Shown here in pieces: positions 38,884 to 49,605 of a stretch of DNA of 64,000 bases; within the stretch, counting starts at the first letter, position 1, and each line of letters starts with the position of its first letter. Source of the stretch: Elusimicrobiota bacterium. GTDB lineage: Bacteria; Elusimicrobiota; Elusimicrobia; UBA1565; UBA9628. Position numbers and translations under genes: made by a program. The stretch lies in contig DAHVNA010000002.1 in the NCBI GenBank assembly GCA_027319565.1, positions 32,001 to 96,000 on the forward strand, in the 5' to 3' direction. A model generated the notes under the pieces. That model worked only from the letters and a program-made list of their open reading frames with translations, did not search any database and was not told the origin of the DNA.

Positions 38884-41187
38884 ATGGACTCTTTACCCGC
38901 TTCGCCATCCTCCGCCGTTGATCCGGTCTGCAAAATGACCGTTCTCCCTCCCAATCCCAAAGGCGGCTCTTTTTCCTACCAAGGCCAAACCTATTTTTTC
39001 TGTAATCCCAAATGCCGGGAAAAATTTATCCTAAACCCGGAGAAATTCCTTAATCCCAACGCGCAAGAAAAAGAATCTCCCGTCTCAGGAGGGGTTTACA
39101 GTTGCCCGATGCATCCCGAGGTCAAAAATGAGGGCCCCGGTTCCTGCCCCTTCTGCGGAATGGCGCTAGACCCTGAAATCCCCTCTCTTCAAAGCGCTCC
39201 CGATCCGGAATTGACCGATATGAGCCGACGTTTCTGGATTGGGCTTGTTTTGGGAATCCCGCTCTTGTTTGTGTCCATGTCTTTCATGGCAAAACCGACG
39301 ATCGCGGAAAACTGGATTGAACTTGTTTTAGCCACCCCCATCGTCTTGTGGTGCGGAAAACCGTTTTTCATCCGCGCCTTTGAATCTTTAAAAAACAAAA
39401 GCCCCAATATGTTTACGCTCATCGCGATGGGAACCGGAATCGCCTATTTTTCAAGCGTGATTTCTCTTCTTTTTCCGCATTGGTTTCCGCAAACGTTTAA
39501 AACCCCTACCGGGCAAGCCCCCGTTTATTTTGAATCCGCCGCCACAATCATCGTCTTGGTCTTGTTAGGCCAGATGCTTGAAATTAAAGCCCGCAGGCGA
39601 GCCTCTCAAGCTATAGAAGCCCTTTTAAGCCTCTCTCCCCCCAAAGCCCATCGCATGACTTCCGCCAATCAAGAAGAAGAAATTTCTATCGAAAAAATCA
39701 AACACGGCGATGTTTTAAGGGTCAAACCCGGCGAAAGGGTTCCAACCGACGGAAGTCTTCTTTCCGGCCACAGCGTGGTGGATGAATCTCTTTTAACCGG
39801 CGAGTCTTTCCCGGTTGAGAAACACGCGGGGAACCCGGTCATCGGCGGCACTCTCAACGGCTCCGGAAGTTTCACGATGAAAGCCGAAAAAGTGGGATCT
39901 GAGACGTTTCTCTCGCAGATGGTTCATTTAGTCGCCAAGGCTCAAAAAAGCCGAGCCAAGATTCAAAGGCTAGCGGATCAAGCAGCCGCTTATTTCGCGC
40001 CGGCCGTGGTCCTGATTGCGGCCCTATCGGGGCTTCTCTGGTTTTTTTTCGGCCCCGAGCCGCGTGTGGGCCATGCCTTGGTCAGCTCCATTTCGGTTCT
40101 CATCATCGCCTGCCCCTGCGCATTGGGGCTGGCCACTCCGATGTCGATTATGGTGGGAATGGGAAAAGGCGCGGAAATGGGAATCTTAATTAAAAACGCG
40201 GAATCTCTTGAAATTTTAGAGAAAGCCGATATTCTCTGCATCGACAAGACCGGCACCTTAACCGAGGGAAAGCCTCAACTGACGGCTCTCATTCCCGCGC
40301 CCGGATCGAGCGAATCTCGAGTCCTAAGCCTGGCCGCCAGCCTTGAGAAACTCAGCGAACACCCTCTGGGAGAAGCCATCGTCAAAAAAGCCCGCTATGA
40401 TCAAACTCCTTTTTTAGAGGTCGGACAATTCGAGTCTTTTCCCGGCCAAGGAATTAAGGCCCAAATAGCGGGACGGGAAATTTTGCTTGGAAATGAAAGG
40501 TTCCTCCAAAATCATTCCATCGATATTTCCGTTTTAAGAGACAAGGCCGGAGAGCTTAGGGAAGAAGCCCAGAGCGTCGTTTTTGTCGCGGACGGAAACA
40601 AGACCTCTGGAATCATTGGGATTTCCGATCCTATCAAACCCTCCGCCTTTGAAGCCCTGAAAATTTTAAGGCAGGAAGGAATTAAAATCGTCATGCTCAG
40701 CGGAGACGATGAGGCGACGGCCAAGGCCGTCGCTAAAAAATTGGGAATTGAAAATATCAAGGCCGGACTCTTGCCTCATCAGAAGCAAGAGATTATCAAA
40801 AATCTCCAACAATCAGGGCACAGGGTTATCATGGCCGGAGACGGGGTTAACGACGCTCCCGCTCTGGCCCAAGCGGATGTCGGAATCGCAATGGGAACCG
40901 GAACGGACGCCGCTCTTCAAAGCGCGCCGATTGCCCTGGTGCATGGCGATTTAAAAGACGTGGCCCGCGCCCGCAAATTATCGCAACTGACGATACGCAA
41001 TATCCGGCAAAATTTATTTTGGGCTTTCGCCTATAACGCGCTCTCTATCCCCATCGCGGCGGGAGGGCTTTATCCTTTATTTGGGGCTTCCGCTCTTTTG
41101 AGCCCCGCCCTGGCCGGAGCGGCGATGAGCTTTAGCTCGGTCTCTGTCATCTTAAACGCCTTGCGCTTAAAAAAAGTAAAAATTTAG
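38884..41187 (+). CDS. copA: Cu(I)/Ag(I)-translocating P1B-type ATPase with YHS and CPMHP metal-binding domains
   Basis: DPVCKM..YFFC, CPMHP..CPFCGM, TGES, CPC, DKTGT, GDGVND, YN, MSFSS. Confidence 0.93.
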   Translation: MDSLPASPSSAVDPVCKMTVLPPNPKGGSFSYQGQTYFFCNPKCREKFILNPEKFLNPNAQEKESPVSGGVYSCPMHPEVKNEGPGSCPFCGMALDPEIPSLQSAPDPELTDMSRRFWIGLVLGIPLLFVSMSFMAKPTIAENWIELVLATPIVLWCGKPFFIRAFESLKNKSPNMFTLIAMGTGIAYFSSVISLLFPHWFPQTFKTPTGQAPVYFESAATIIVLVLLGQMLEIKARRRASQAIEALLSLSPPKAHRMTSANQEEEISIEKIKHGDVLRVKPGERVPTDGSLLSGHSVVDESLLTGESFPVEKHAGNPVIGGTLNGSGSFTMKAEKVGSETFLSQMVHLVAKAQKSRAKIQRLADQAAAYFAPAVVLIAALSGLLWFFFGPEPRVGHALVSSISVLIIACPCALGLATPMSIMVGMGKGAEMGILIKNAESLEILEKADILCIDKTGTLTEGKPQLTALIPAPGSSESRVLSLAASLEKLSEHPLGEAIVKKARYDQTPFLEVGQFESFPGQGIKAQIAGREILLGNERFLQNHSIDISVLRDKAGELREEAQSVVFVADGNKTSGIIGISDPIKPSAFEALKILRQEGIKIVMLSGDDEATAKAVAKKLGIENIKAGLLPHQKQEIIKNLQQSGHRVIMAGDGVNDAPALAQADVGIAMGTGTDAALQSAPIALVHGDLKDVARARKLSQLTIRNIRQNLFWAFAYNALSIPIAAGGLYPLFGASALLSPALAGAAMSFSSVSVILNALRLKKVKI

Positions 41188-42260
41188 CTTCCGCCCATCG
41201 AAGATAATTCCTGAGAAGCTTCCTTTCGATTTTCAGAATCCGGATCGTTTTTCACCACCCATTGGAGAAAACCCCGATACTGCGCCGGATCCATCAGCTC
41301 TTTAAGTTCCAGCCTGGCATTGGTGCGCCGAATCGGGTCGGGATTGGTCTTGGCATAATGGACCAAGATGGGAATGACTTGATGGCTGCGAGAGGCGAAA
41401 AGGGCCGTCTCAATCATCATTTTCTCGTCTTCATCTTTGAGGGATTGATATTTGTTGATTAAATCCTTAATCTGATCTTCGCTGGCTGAAATTCCTACCT
41501 TGATGGCTAATTGATGGCGAAGATTATTGGGCAGGCGGTTATTTTCGACGATAGCAAGCATCTCATCATATGATTTCTCCATGACAGACATTGGAATTTC
41601 CGTGGCCGCGGCTTCGTCCGCCATCGCCCGCTTTGCCGCGCTACTACTTTTGGCCCAATCAACCAGAAGCGGAAGGGTTTTAGCCCAAAACCGAGAAGCG
41701 AGAATGCGGGCAACAGACGGCGCCTGCTCGGCCTTTTTGACTATCAGTTTAAAGGCTTTATCGCCTTCCCATAAAGCCAAGGCGTCCAAGGCCTCATAAT
41801 GAGCGGCCCACATCTGCTTATCCTTGAGAAGCGTCGCCTGTTCGGGACCGGAAAATTTAAATTGAGATTCCGCGATTTTCTCTACGATGGGAAGAGCTCT
41901 TTGAGAGCGCAATTGAAAAGCTCCCTCAATAGCAAACATCAGTATTTTGGGATCCTTATGCGACAAATAACCTAAAAAAACCGAGGCGAGCTCATGATTA
42001 GGGCCCTTGAGAAGAGAAAGCGAACTCATCACCGCGGCCTGAGGCAACGGCTGCGGATAGCGCATATAGAGATCGAAATCATATTGAACATCAATGGGGG
42101 TTGCGGGAGCGGTTTGGGAAATCTGTTTGAGTATTTTTTCCTTTTCGCCCTTGTCCATCGACTGGTAATAAGAACGGCAAAGAGAAACAATAGGGGGATG
42201 GTCCGGAGAAAAATTTTGCGCCCACAAACTGGAACTAAGCAAGAAAAGAATTATCTTCAT
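41184..42260 (-). CDS. exported HEAT-repeat-like helical protein
   Basis: Short signal peptide; repeats such as NPDPIRRTNA and DPDSENRKEA. Confidence 0.6.
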   Translation of the reverse strand: MKIILFLLSSSLWAQNFSPDHPPIVSLCRSYYQSMDKGEKEKILKQISQTAPATPIDVQYDFDLYMRYPQPLPQAAVMSSLSLLKGPNHELASVFLGYLSHKDPKILMFAIEGAFQLRSQRALPIVEKIAESQFKFSGPEQATLLKDKQMWAAHYEALDALALWEGDKAFKLIVKKAEQAPSVARILASRFWAKTLPLLVDWAKSSSAAKRAMADEAAATEIPMSVMEKSYDEMLAIVENNRLPNNLRHQLAIKVGISASEDQIKDLINKYQSLKDEDEKMMIETALFASRSHQVIPILVHYAKTNPDPIRRTNARLELKELMDPAQYRGFLQWVVKNDPDSENRKEASQELSSMGGS

Positions 42261-43705
42261 TTGAGAATCACCTTTAATGCGGCTTCTATTTGAGATTTTC
42301 TGTCTCCCGCCATATCAATGACGGAAGATCTTAAGTCAATCAACGTCAAATCGGTAGAGCCTCTCATCAAAAAAACCGTTGTTTTTTCCGCCGCTATTTT
42401 ATTGAGAAGCTCTAAAACCGCTTTTTGGCCGGGAAAGCGCCGGGCCTCAAAACAGAAAAATAAAATTTCCTTTGCGGATCGAATCTGAGAGGATATCGAA
42501 CCAAGATTTTTATTTTGAACCGGCGTTTCAATCAACCGAACGCCCCCGTGGTTTTTAAGCCGGGCTTTTAGCCAACGCTCCGGACCTTCCGGGCCGCCCT
42601 CAAAGGTAAAGAGGGATTTAACTTCAGAAATTTTTGGAAATAACACGAGGACAGCGCCCTTATGCTTTTCCAAAGGAAATTTTTTCTCCCCCGATCTTAA
42701 GACGCGAATCGCCTTTTGGGAAATCCAAGCCGCCAGACGGTTTGCATGAAGAGAATCAGGATTTTGGGATCGGCGATTTTTTCTTTGGATCAAAATAGGA
42801 CCGATTTCTTCTTTGAGAGAAAAACCTCTCACTGCCTCTTGGACTTGAGAATGAAGTCGAAAATCGGGATTGGAGAGAATCAACAAATCATGCCCCGCTT
42901 GACAGGCTTGAGCGGCCGCCTCAGCAGGGCTTAAGCCGCTTTTCAAAACCGCTCCCATTGAAAGGTCATCTGAAATGACCAGGCCCTTAAATCCCAGTTT
43001 TTTCTTTAAAAGTCCGGTGACAATCTTTTTTGAGAATGTGGCGAGTTTTGAGTCCAGAGCGGGGTAATGGATATGAGAGGTCATCACGCAATGAACCCCC
43101 GCCTTAAACGCGGATAAAAACGGCGGCAAATGGCGCTTAAAAATAAGCGCGCGGGAAATATCAATTTTAGGAATTGAGACATGAGGGTCTAAGCGCGCCT
43201 CCCCGATTCCTGGAAAATGCTTCGCGCAAGCCCAGACCTGATGATCCTCAAGCCCGCGAATAAATTTCTCTCCGTAAAGAGAAACTTCTCCCGGGTTCTC
43301 TCCAAAGGAACGGATTCCAATTCCAGGGTTGTCCAAGGAACCGCTTAAATCCAACACCGGAGCGAAATTAACTAAGATGCCCATATCCGACAGTTCAAGA
43401 GCCATTTGTCGCCCTACCGCATAAGCGAGATCCGGGTTTCCCGTTCTCCCCAACGCTTGCGCGCTGGGAAACGCGGTCACTCCCCTTGAAAAGCGCGTGA
43501 CATTTCCCCCTTCATGATCAATAGTCCAAAGTAGCGGCCGCCCCACCGACTGATTGATCCCTGAAATTAAAGCCTTAAGCTGACGTGGAGAATCGATATT
43601 GCGGGCCAATAATAAAATCCCCGCGGGGTTGATTATTTTGAGATGGGAAACTAAAGCGCGGCTGAGTTTCTTTCCCTCAATTCCTATAATCAAAGGAGTA
43701 TACAT
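42257..43705 (-). CDS. nagZ: GH3 beta-N-acetylhexosaminidase with C-terminal domain
   Basis: IDHEGG, FAPVLD, KHFPGIG..DPH, SDDLSM. Confidence 0.88.
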   Translation of the reverse strand: MYTPLIIGIEGKKLSRALVSHLKIINPAGILLLARNIDSPRQLKALISGINQSVGRPLLWTIDHEGGNVTRFSRGVTAFPSAQALGRTGNPDLAYAVGRQMALELSDMGILVNFAPVLDLSGSLDNPGIGIRSFGENPGEVSLYGEKFIRGLEDHQVWACAKHFPGIGEARLDPHVSIPKIDISRALIFKRHLPPFLSAFKAGVHCVMTSHIHYPALDSKLATFSKKIVTGLLKKKLGFKGLVISDDLSMGAVLKSGLSPAEAAAQACQAGHDLLILSNPDFRLHSQVQEAVRGFSLKEEIGPILIQRKNRRSQNPDSLHANRLAAWISQKAIRVLRSGEKKFPLEKHKGAVLVLFPKISEVKSLFTFEGGPEGPERWLKARLKNHGGVRLIETPVQNKNLGSISSQIRSAKEILFFCFEARRFPGQKAVLELLNKIAAEKTTVFLMRGSTDLTLIDLRSSVIDMAGDRKSQIEAALKVILK

Positions 43706-43771
43706 TTAAGAAATCCTAACATTTTGTAGAATGGGCTAAGGGTTCGTAATGAACCGTTAAGGAGAATCTCG

Positions 43772-44215
43772 ATGAATCCCGAAATTGGAAATGCCTGCCG
43801 CTTGTCGGGAAGCTCCGACGATCTGGAAACGATCAAAAAAATCTTGGCCTATAAAACAATTGCCGTCGTCGGCTGTTCTCCCAAGCCGGAAAGGGCCAGC
43901 CACTCCGTCGCCGCCTATTTAAAGGAAGAGGGCTATAAAATTATTCCGGTCAACCCGGGACACAAGGAAATTCTCGGCGAAAAATGCTATCCGTCTCTTC
44001 TTGATATTCCCGGGCCGGTCGATGTGGTCGATGTATTCAGAAGATCGGAAGAGGTCTTGCCGGTTATTGAGGAAGCGATTTTGATTAAGGCCAAAGCCAT
44101 ATGGCTCCAAGACGGGATTTCCCATCCGGAAGGCGAAGCGCGCGCCAAAAAAGCCGGGCTCTTGGTGATTTCAAACGATTGCCTTGGCCGCAGGCGCTCC
44201 CAGATGAAGCCTTAA
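43772..44215 (+). CDS. CoA-binding protein (YccU-like)
   Basis: IAVVGCS..RAS, PVNP, DVVDVFR, WLQDGI. Confidence 0.9.
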   Translation: MNPEIGNACRLSGSSDDLETIKKILAYKTIAVVGCSPKPERASHSVAAYLKEEGYKIIPVNPGHKEILGEKCYPSLLDIPGPVDVVDVFRRSEEVLPVIEEAILIKAKAIWLQDGISHPEGEARAKKAGLLVISNDCLGRRRSQMKP

Positions 44216-44216
44216 T

Positions 44217-44804
44217 TTATTTCTTAACGAATCGCCAACCCAGCGGGAGAAGCCCGGCGGAAAGAATGGATTTAAGAATATCGCCGGCGAGAAACGGGTA
44301 AAACCCCTTGGCGAGAAGGCTTCCCTTAGAAACATATAAAGAAAGAACGACCAGGCCAAAAGCCAAAATCACGAAACTTCCCAGCATCATTTGAGAGAAA
44401 GCGGTCAAAGGATCCCGGTCCCAGCCGCGCTCGGATAAAAGCCCCACCAAATAAGACGCCGGGATAAAGCCGATAAGGTAGCCTCCGGTCGCACCCAAGA
44501 AAACGTGCCAACCGGAAGAAGCCCCGGCGAAAAACGGCAGCCCCAAAGCCCCTAAAACGAGATAGAGACCGACGCTCGCCAAAGCCCGGCGCGGCCCTAA
44601 AAGCGCGGCGGCATAGAGAACCCCAAAAGTCGAACCCGTCAAAGGAACGGGAGTAAAAGGAAGCGGAATCGTAATTTGAGCGCACAAGGCGATCAAAAGA
44701 GAAGCCCCCAACACCCAAAGGGCCGAAGAAACGCTGACTGATTTTGGAGACAAGTTTTCCGAAAAAGAAAGACAGCGGGAACCGGACGCCATTGAGGAAT
44801 TCAT
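44217..44804 (-). CDS. bioY: biotin transporter
   Basis: PVPLT, GLPFFAG, TGGYLIGF, F..GD..K. Confidence 0.92.
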   Translation of the reverse strand: MNSSMASGSRCLSFSENLSPKSVSVSSALWVLGASLLIALCAQITIPLPFTPVPLTGSTFGVLYAAALLGPRRALASVGLYLVLGALGLPFFAGASSGWHVFLGATGGYLIGFIPASYLVGLLSERGWDRDPLTAFSQMMLGSFVILAFGLVVLSLYVSKGSLLAKGFYPFLAGDILKSILSAGLLPLGWRFVKK

Positions 44805-44835
44805 GCTCTCATTCTACCTTTTTCGAGTTAAAAAT

Positions 44836-44869
44836 ACAAAACCCGCCGAAAAATTTCGGCGGGTTTTGT
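44836..44869. terminator. intrinsic terminator downstream of cspA
   Basis: ACAAAACCCGCCGAAA / TTTCGGCGGGTTTTGT perfect inverted repeat with T-runs on both strands. Confidence 0.85.
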
Positions 44870-44892
44870 TTAAGAACGCCTACTGAAGGCGC

Positions 44893-45096
44893 TTAGAGCT
44901 TTTTAACGTTGGTCGCTCTGGGACCTTTGTCCGACTGCTGGATTTCGAACTCAACCGATTGATTCTCGGCTAAGGTCTTAAACCCATCGCCCGTAATGGC
45001 GCTGTGATGGACAAACAAGTCCTTGGACCCGTCGTCCGGGGTGATGAACCCGAAGCCCTTCTGATCATTAAACCACTTCACTTTTCCTGTAGGCAT
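44893..45096 (-). CDS. cspA: cold-shock protein
   Basis: [28 protein letters not shown]. Confidence 0.96.
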   Translation of the reverse strand: MPTGKVKWFNDQKGFGFITPDDGSKDLFVHHSAITGDGFKTLAENQSVEFEIQQSDKGPRATNVKKL

Positions 45097-45170
45097 TCCT
45101 GTTACTATCCTCTTTATGTTACTGACAATGGCCGCCTAATTCGCGGCTGGCCTTATTAGGGCCTGCTTTT

Positions 45171-45179
45171 ATTATAGCA
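45171..45179 (-). promoter_or_regulatory. extended -10 promoter of cspA
   Basis: TGCTATAAT, leaving a ~70-nt hairpin-forming 5' UTR. Confidence 0.65.
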
Positions 45180-45217
45180 CGAATTTTTAAAATTTAGACG
45201 AAAAAATTTGTCGCGAT

Positions 45218-46495
45218 CTAGGTATGGAGTTTCAAAAGAGAGGCAATAGATAAAACGACGCCGCGGACCTGTGGGGCAAAAGCCCAAAGGGAAAGGTTGA
45301 GCCCGCCCCACAAGGAAAAAATCTTCCAAAAATTTTTCCCGAAATGCTCTCTTAAATCTCGGGCTCCCAGGGTCGCTAAAATTAACAGCATCGGAGACAA
45401 AACCTGTCTATAGCGGGAAACCGGGCCGCCGGCCAGTGTATGAACCAGGACATATAAGACTAGCATGATCCACAAGGGAAACATCTGGGGAAAATAGCGC
45501 ACCCTGAAAAAGGCCCACAACCAAAGCGGAACAAAAAGCACATAGCTCCAGTCATAGCTGGGCAAAAAAGGATAAAAAACAGACAAGGCATTGACCGCAT
45601 AAGCCTTGACGATTTTAAAAGCCGGAGTCAAATGCCATAGCCGGATAAATTCTCTCTTGTAAAACTCCTCCCGTTCGACACTCCCCAAATTCTCCGGAGC
45701 GCGCTTAGACTTTGAAATATCCCCCAAGTGTTCTAACGGCAAGGCTAGTCCCATATAGATTCCAGCTTCTCCTTGCCCGGAAGACGGAATTAAGCGGTGA
45801 AACAAATTCCAATTGCGCGCCATCCAGGGAGTAAAGGCGGCGAGAAAAACCGCGCCCCAAACCCAGCCTTTAATTTGTTTTCCTGAGTTTTTCGATAAAA
45901 CCGGAGGATAACCCAGGCATAAAACGAGCGCGAAAAGCCCAAATTCAGGACGAACAAAGGAAAGCGCCGCGCAAACTAACGACAACACCGCGGATTTAAC
46001 GTTCACAGAATTTTCCCAACAAAACCACAAATACCAAAATAAAGAGATAAGAGGAATGGCCAGGCCCTCGCTGAGAATCTGGGCGGAAGGTTCAATGGCG
46101 TCATAAAGAATCGCCAAGGATATACCGCAGAAAAAACCCCAGTCTTCTCCTCCCAATTTTCGCATAATCAAAAATAAAAGCAGACATGAAAAGGCTCCCA
46201 AAATAACCTGCGCGCTCTGAACCGCCAGCGGAGAAACCCCACAAACTCGATAGATGAAATAGAGAAACACAGGATAACCCGGCATTCTAAATAATTGATC
46301 GCCTTGATCGTTTTGATAAGATCCGTCTTTAAGAAGATGAACGGCATAGGATTGATAATCCTTTGCGTCGCCGTCCCAGGCAAATTTCGGATTTTGGGCG
46401 TTCATCCAAAAGACAAAAACGCCCCGGATGAGAAGCGCGATTAGAAACACAAACCCGGAAACGGGAAAAGGTTTTTTAGTCTCGACCAGGCTCAA
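45218..46495 (-). CDS. GT-C (ArnT/PMT-like) membrane glycosyltransferase
   Basis: DAKDY, FRMPGYP, ILSE, RPE, PWMARN; multi-TM. Confidence 0.75.
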   Translation of the reverse strand: MSLVETKKPFPVSGFVFLIALLIRGVFVFWMNAQNPKFAWDGDAKDYQSYAVHLLKDGSYQNDQGDQLFRMPGYPVFLYFIYRVCGVSPLAVQSAQVILGAFSCLLLFLIMRKLGGEDWGFFCGISLAILYDAIEPSAQILSEGLAIPLISLFWYLWFCWENSVNVKSAVLSLVCAALSFVRPEFGLFALVLCLGYPPVLSKNSGKQIKGWVWGAVFLAAFTPWMARNWNLFHRLIPSSGQGEAGIYMGLALPLEHLGDISKSKRAPENLGSVEREEFYKREFIRLWHLTPAFKIVKAYAVNALSVFYPFLPSYDWSYVLFVPLWLWAFFRVRYFPQMFPLWIMLVLYVLVHTLAGGPVSRYRQVLSPMLLILATLGARDLREHFGKNFWKIFSLWGGLNLSLWAFAPQVRGVVLSIASLLKLHT

Positions 46496-46979
46496 ACTTT
46501 TCCTTTAACTTTTTTGCGATATCCGGCAAGACGAAAGAATCGGCAGAAGCCCCCAGACGAGCCACTTCCTTGACCATTGAAGAGGCAAAATAGGTGTATC
46601 TCTCGTCGGGCATCAAAAAAACCGTCTCGACATCGGGATAAAGGGTCCGGTTAAAAGAGGCCAGCTGAAATTCGTAATCCATATCGCTGACCACCCTGAG
46701 ACCTCGAATCAGAACCTGAATTCCTTTTTTTCTGAGATAATCCACAAGTAGGCCCGAAAAGACGTCCGCTTCGGCGTTGGGAATTTTCTTGATCGCCCCG
46801 CGAACCATCTCAAGGCGCTCTTGGGCCGAAAACGTGTGCTTTTTAGCCGGATTATCCGCCACGGCCACCAGCACCCGCTCGAACATTTTAGCAGCGCGAA
46901 AAACGATATCTAAATGTCCCAAGGTGGGAGGGTCAAAGCTTCCGGGATAGACCGCAATGCGGTTCTTTGAATTAGGCAT
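46476..46979 (-). CDS. coaD: pantetheine-phosphate adenylyltransferase
   Basis: YPGSFDPPTLGH, RGLR..DMDYE, SSMVKE. Confidence 0.96.
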   Translation of the reverse strand: MPNSKNRIAVYPGSFDPPTLGHLDIVFRAAKMFERVLVAVADNPAKKHTFSAQERLEMVRGAIKKIPNAEADVFSGLLVDYLRKKGIQVLIRGLRVVSDMDYEFQLASFNRTLYPDVETVFLMPDERYTYFASSMVKEVARLGASADSFVLPDIAKKLKEKFEPGRD

Positions 46980-47037
46980 ACGAAGAATCTACAAAAAAAT
47001 AAGCGGGAACGGCTGGCTTTTTGCTAACATCGTTTCA

Positions 47038-48252
47038 GTGCTTATCCTAGAATCGGTCGCGCTCGCTTTGGCGTTTCTGATGTCATTATTTACTTTTATG
47101 CGCTTATTTTCCCGGCACACCTATCGTCAAACTCCCGCGAAAAATAATTCCGCCGGCGATGTGGGTTGGGAAAAATTAGATCAGCTTCTGGATATGCTTT
47201 CAAATCTGCAGGAAGAAGGCGTCTCCTATTCGGGGCTAGTCTCAAGAGAAGATTTTGGAAAAGCGGTTTTAAAAGCCGCCTGCCGTCTGATGAATTGCGA
47301 GCGCGGCTCGATCATGCTTTGGGAAGAAAGCGGCGGACATCTTAAAATCGTCGCCGCCGTTCCAGAAACGGGAAAGCCCCAAACTCTTTTTCTCAAACCG
47401 GGGGAAGGAATCGCCGGAGAAGCGTTCTCTAAAGCCCAGACTATTTTGATCGAAGACCCCTCTTCTGATCCGCGATATTTATCTTCCCAAAACCACACTC
47501 ACCCGTTTTTATCAATGCCGCTTTTAATTCAGTCAAAGCCGATCGGTGTTCTCAATCTTCATGCCACCGGAAACGCGGCTCCTTTTAAAGACCACAACGC
47601 GAAATTTTTAAAAATTCTCGCCTCCGAAGCGGCTGTCACCTTTCACAACCTAGAGCTCTTTGAGCGTTTGGAAACTTTTTATCTTGAAATGGTCAAGACT
47701 CTTGCACGCGCGGTGGACTCCAAGGATCACTACACCCATGAGCACTCCGATCGGGCTTCCAGCAGGGCCAAACGGCTGGCCAAGGCCCTTGATCTTGATC
47801 CGACCTATGCCCGCTACGTCGAATATGCGGCGCTGCTTCACGATATCGGAAAAATCGGCATTGACGAAGCGATTCTCAATAAACCTGGGAAATTGACGGC
47901 GGAAGAATACGAAGAGATGAAAAAGCATCCCCTGATCGGGCATCAAATCTTGGCTCCGGTCAAATTTTTAGGACCGGTCGCTCAGATGGTTCTCCATCAT
48001 CAGGAATGGTATGACGGACGCGGATATCCCAGCGGGCTTAAAGGCGAAAAAATACCTCTCGGTTCCCGGATTGTCGCCGTCATAGACGCTTGGGACGCCA
48101 TGACCTCCGATCGCCCCTACCGCAAAGCTTTGGGACGGGAAAAAGCCATCGCGGAATTGCAAAAAGGAGCGGGCACGCAATTTGATCCCGCGGTGGTCGA
48201 GGCCTTTCTTAAAATAGAAGCGGAAGAAGGCCTTGCCCCCCAGAGATCGTGA
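47038..48252 (+). CDS. membrane-anchored GAF + HD-GYP phosphodiesterase
   Basis: N-terminal TM, GAF (GEGIAG), HS.R, HDIGK, HHQEWYDGRGYP, RPYR; GTG start inferred from TGcTAACAT. Confidence 0.9.
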   Translation: MLILESVALALAFLMSLFTFMRLFSRHTYRQTPAKNNSAGDVGWEKLDQLLDMLSNLQEEGVSYSGLVSREDFGKAVLKAACRLMNCERGSIMLWEESGGHLKIVAAVPETGKPQTLFLKPGEGIAGEAFSKAQTILIEDPSSDPRYLSSQNHTHPFLSMPLLIQSKPIGVLNLHATGNAAPFKDHNAKFLKILASEAAVTFHNLELFERLETFYLEMVKTLARAVDSKDHYTHEHSDRASSRAKRLAKALDLDPTYARYVEYAALLHDIGKIGIDEAILNKPGKLTAEEYEEMKKHPLIGHQILAPVKFLGPVAQMVLHHQEWYDGRGYPSGLKGEKIPLGSRIVAVIDAWDAMTSDRPYRKALGREKAIAELQKGAGTQFDPAVVEAFLKIEAEEGLAPQRS

Positions 48253-48944
48253 TGCTGACGATCGTACCCACTCCCATCGGGAATTTGGGAGATATGGGGC
48301 CCCGCGGGCTTGAAGCGCTTAAAAAAGCCTCCATTATTTATTGTGAAGACACCCGGAGAACGCGCATTCTCACTTCTTATTTTGGAATTTCATCCCCGCT
48401 CAAACGATACGACGAACATAATCCAAAAATTTTAAGGCAAATGATTGACGAACTCAAAAGCGGGAAATCCCTCGCCTTGGTTTCCGATGGCGGCCTTCCG
48501 GGAATCTCGGACCCCGGACACAAGATTGTCGCTTTGGCTCGAAGAGAAAAGATAGAAGTTTCGGCGATCCCCGGCCCCAGCGCGGTCGTAACGGCCCTGG
48601 CCGCTTCCGGCCTTCCCGCCGACTCTTTTATTTTTCTGGGTTTCTTGCCCAGATCCCCGGGAAAACGAAAACGCATTTTGGAAGCCCTGGCCCCCCTTCA
48701 GAGAACCATCGTCATTTATGAATCCCCTTTTCGCGTCAAAAATTTGATGAAGGAACTTTCCGAGGTTTTTGTTTCAACGGCCCAGTGCGCGGTTGCCCGA
48801 GAAATTTCTAAAATACATGAGGAATGGTTTTATGGGAACCTCGGCGAGGTCTCAGACCAAATACAGTCAAAGGAAACCGTTCTCGGAGAATTTGTCGTGA
48901 TGATTCATCCTAAAGGAGACTTATTTCATGGGCCTGAAAGTTGA
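48249..48944 (+). CDS. rsmI: 16S rRNA C1402 2'-O-methyltransferase
   Basis: PTPIGNLGD, CEDTR, VSDGG.P.ISDPG, YESP.R, REISK.HEE. Confidence 0.95.
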   Translation: MMLTIVPTPIGNLGDMGPRGLEALKKASIIYCEDTRRTRILTSYFGISSPLKRYDEHNPKILRQMIDELKSGKSLALVSDGGLPGISDPGHKIVALARREKIEVSAIPGPSAVVTALAASGLPADSFIFLGFLPRSPGKRKRILEALAPLQRTIVIYESPFRVKNLMKELSEVFVSTAQCAVAREISKIHEEWFYGNLGEVSDQIQSKETVLGEFVVMIHPKGDLFHGPES

Positions 48945-49605
48945 TACGCAGATTTTTCACTTAGGAGAGACTGGCAAGCTGCCGGAAGAATCCATTCAAG
49001 CCTTGGCCGCCGCCGCAAAGGCTTCCCGAATCATCATTTTTCCGACCGACACCGTTTACGGCGTGGGTTCGACCGGCCTAATCAAGGCCGCCTCCCGACG
49101 CATTTATCAGATTAAAGCCCGCCCCAGCATCAAACCGCTTCCGGTTTTAGTCTGGTCGGTCGAAGAAGCCAAAAAATGGGTTCAATGGACCGAGCAAGCG
49201 GAAAAATTGTCCAAGAAATTTTGGCCGGGAGCTTTAACCTTGGTTTTAAAGCCCACGCAACAAGGGAAAATATTGACCTTCCCGGAATATCAGACAGTCG
49301 CCATTCGCGTTCCCAATCATCCCTTGCTCAACGAGATTATCAAAGCCTCGGGAGCGCCCTGGGTGTCGACTAGCGCCAATATCTCCGGTTCTCCGGCGAT
49401 GTCGAAGGGAGAAGACGTGGTTTCCACTTTCAGAGGAGTCGTCGATTATATCGTCGCCTCCGGAAATACCCCGGGCGGAGAATCCAGCGTCATCGACGCG
49501 ACCGGCAAAACCATTCGCATTTTAAGGGAAGGAAAAATTTCCGCATCCGAAGCTTTCGCCGTTTGTCCTCCAGAAAACGCCTCGGCGGCGGGAGCGCAAA
49601 AATGA
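48928..49605 (+). CDS. tsaC: L-threonylcarbamoyladenylate synthase (Sua5/TsaC)
   Basis: [29 protein letters not shown]. Confidence 0.92.
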   Translation: MGLKVDTQIFHLGETGKLPEESIQALAAAAKASRIIIFPTDTVYGVGSTGLIKAASRRIYQIKARPSIKPLPVLVWSVEEAKKWVQWTEQAEKLSKKFWPGALTLVLKPTQQGKILTFPEYQTVAIRVPNHPLLNEIIKASGAPWVSTSANISGSPAMSKGEDVVSTFRGVVDYIVASGNTPGGESSVIDATGKTIRILREGKISASEAFAVCPPENASAAGAQK

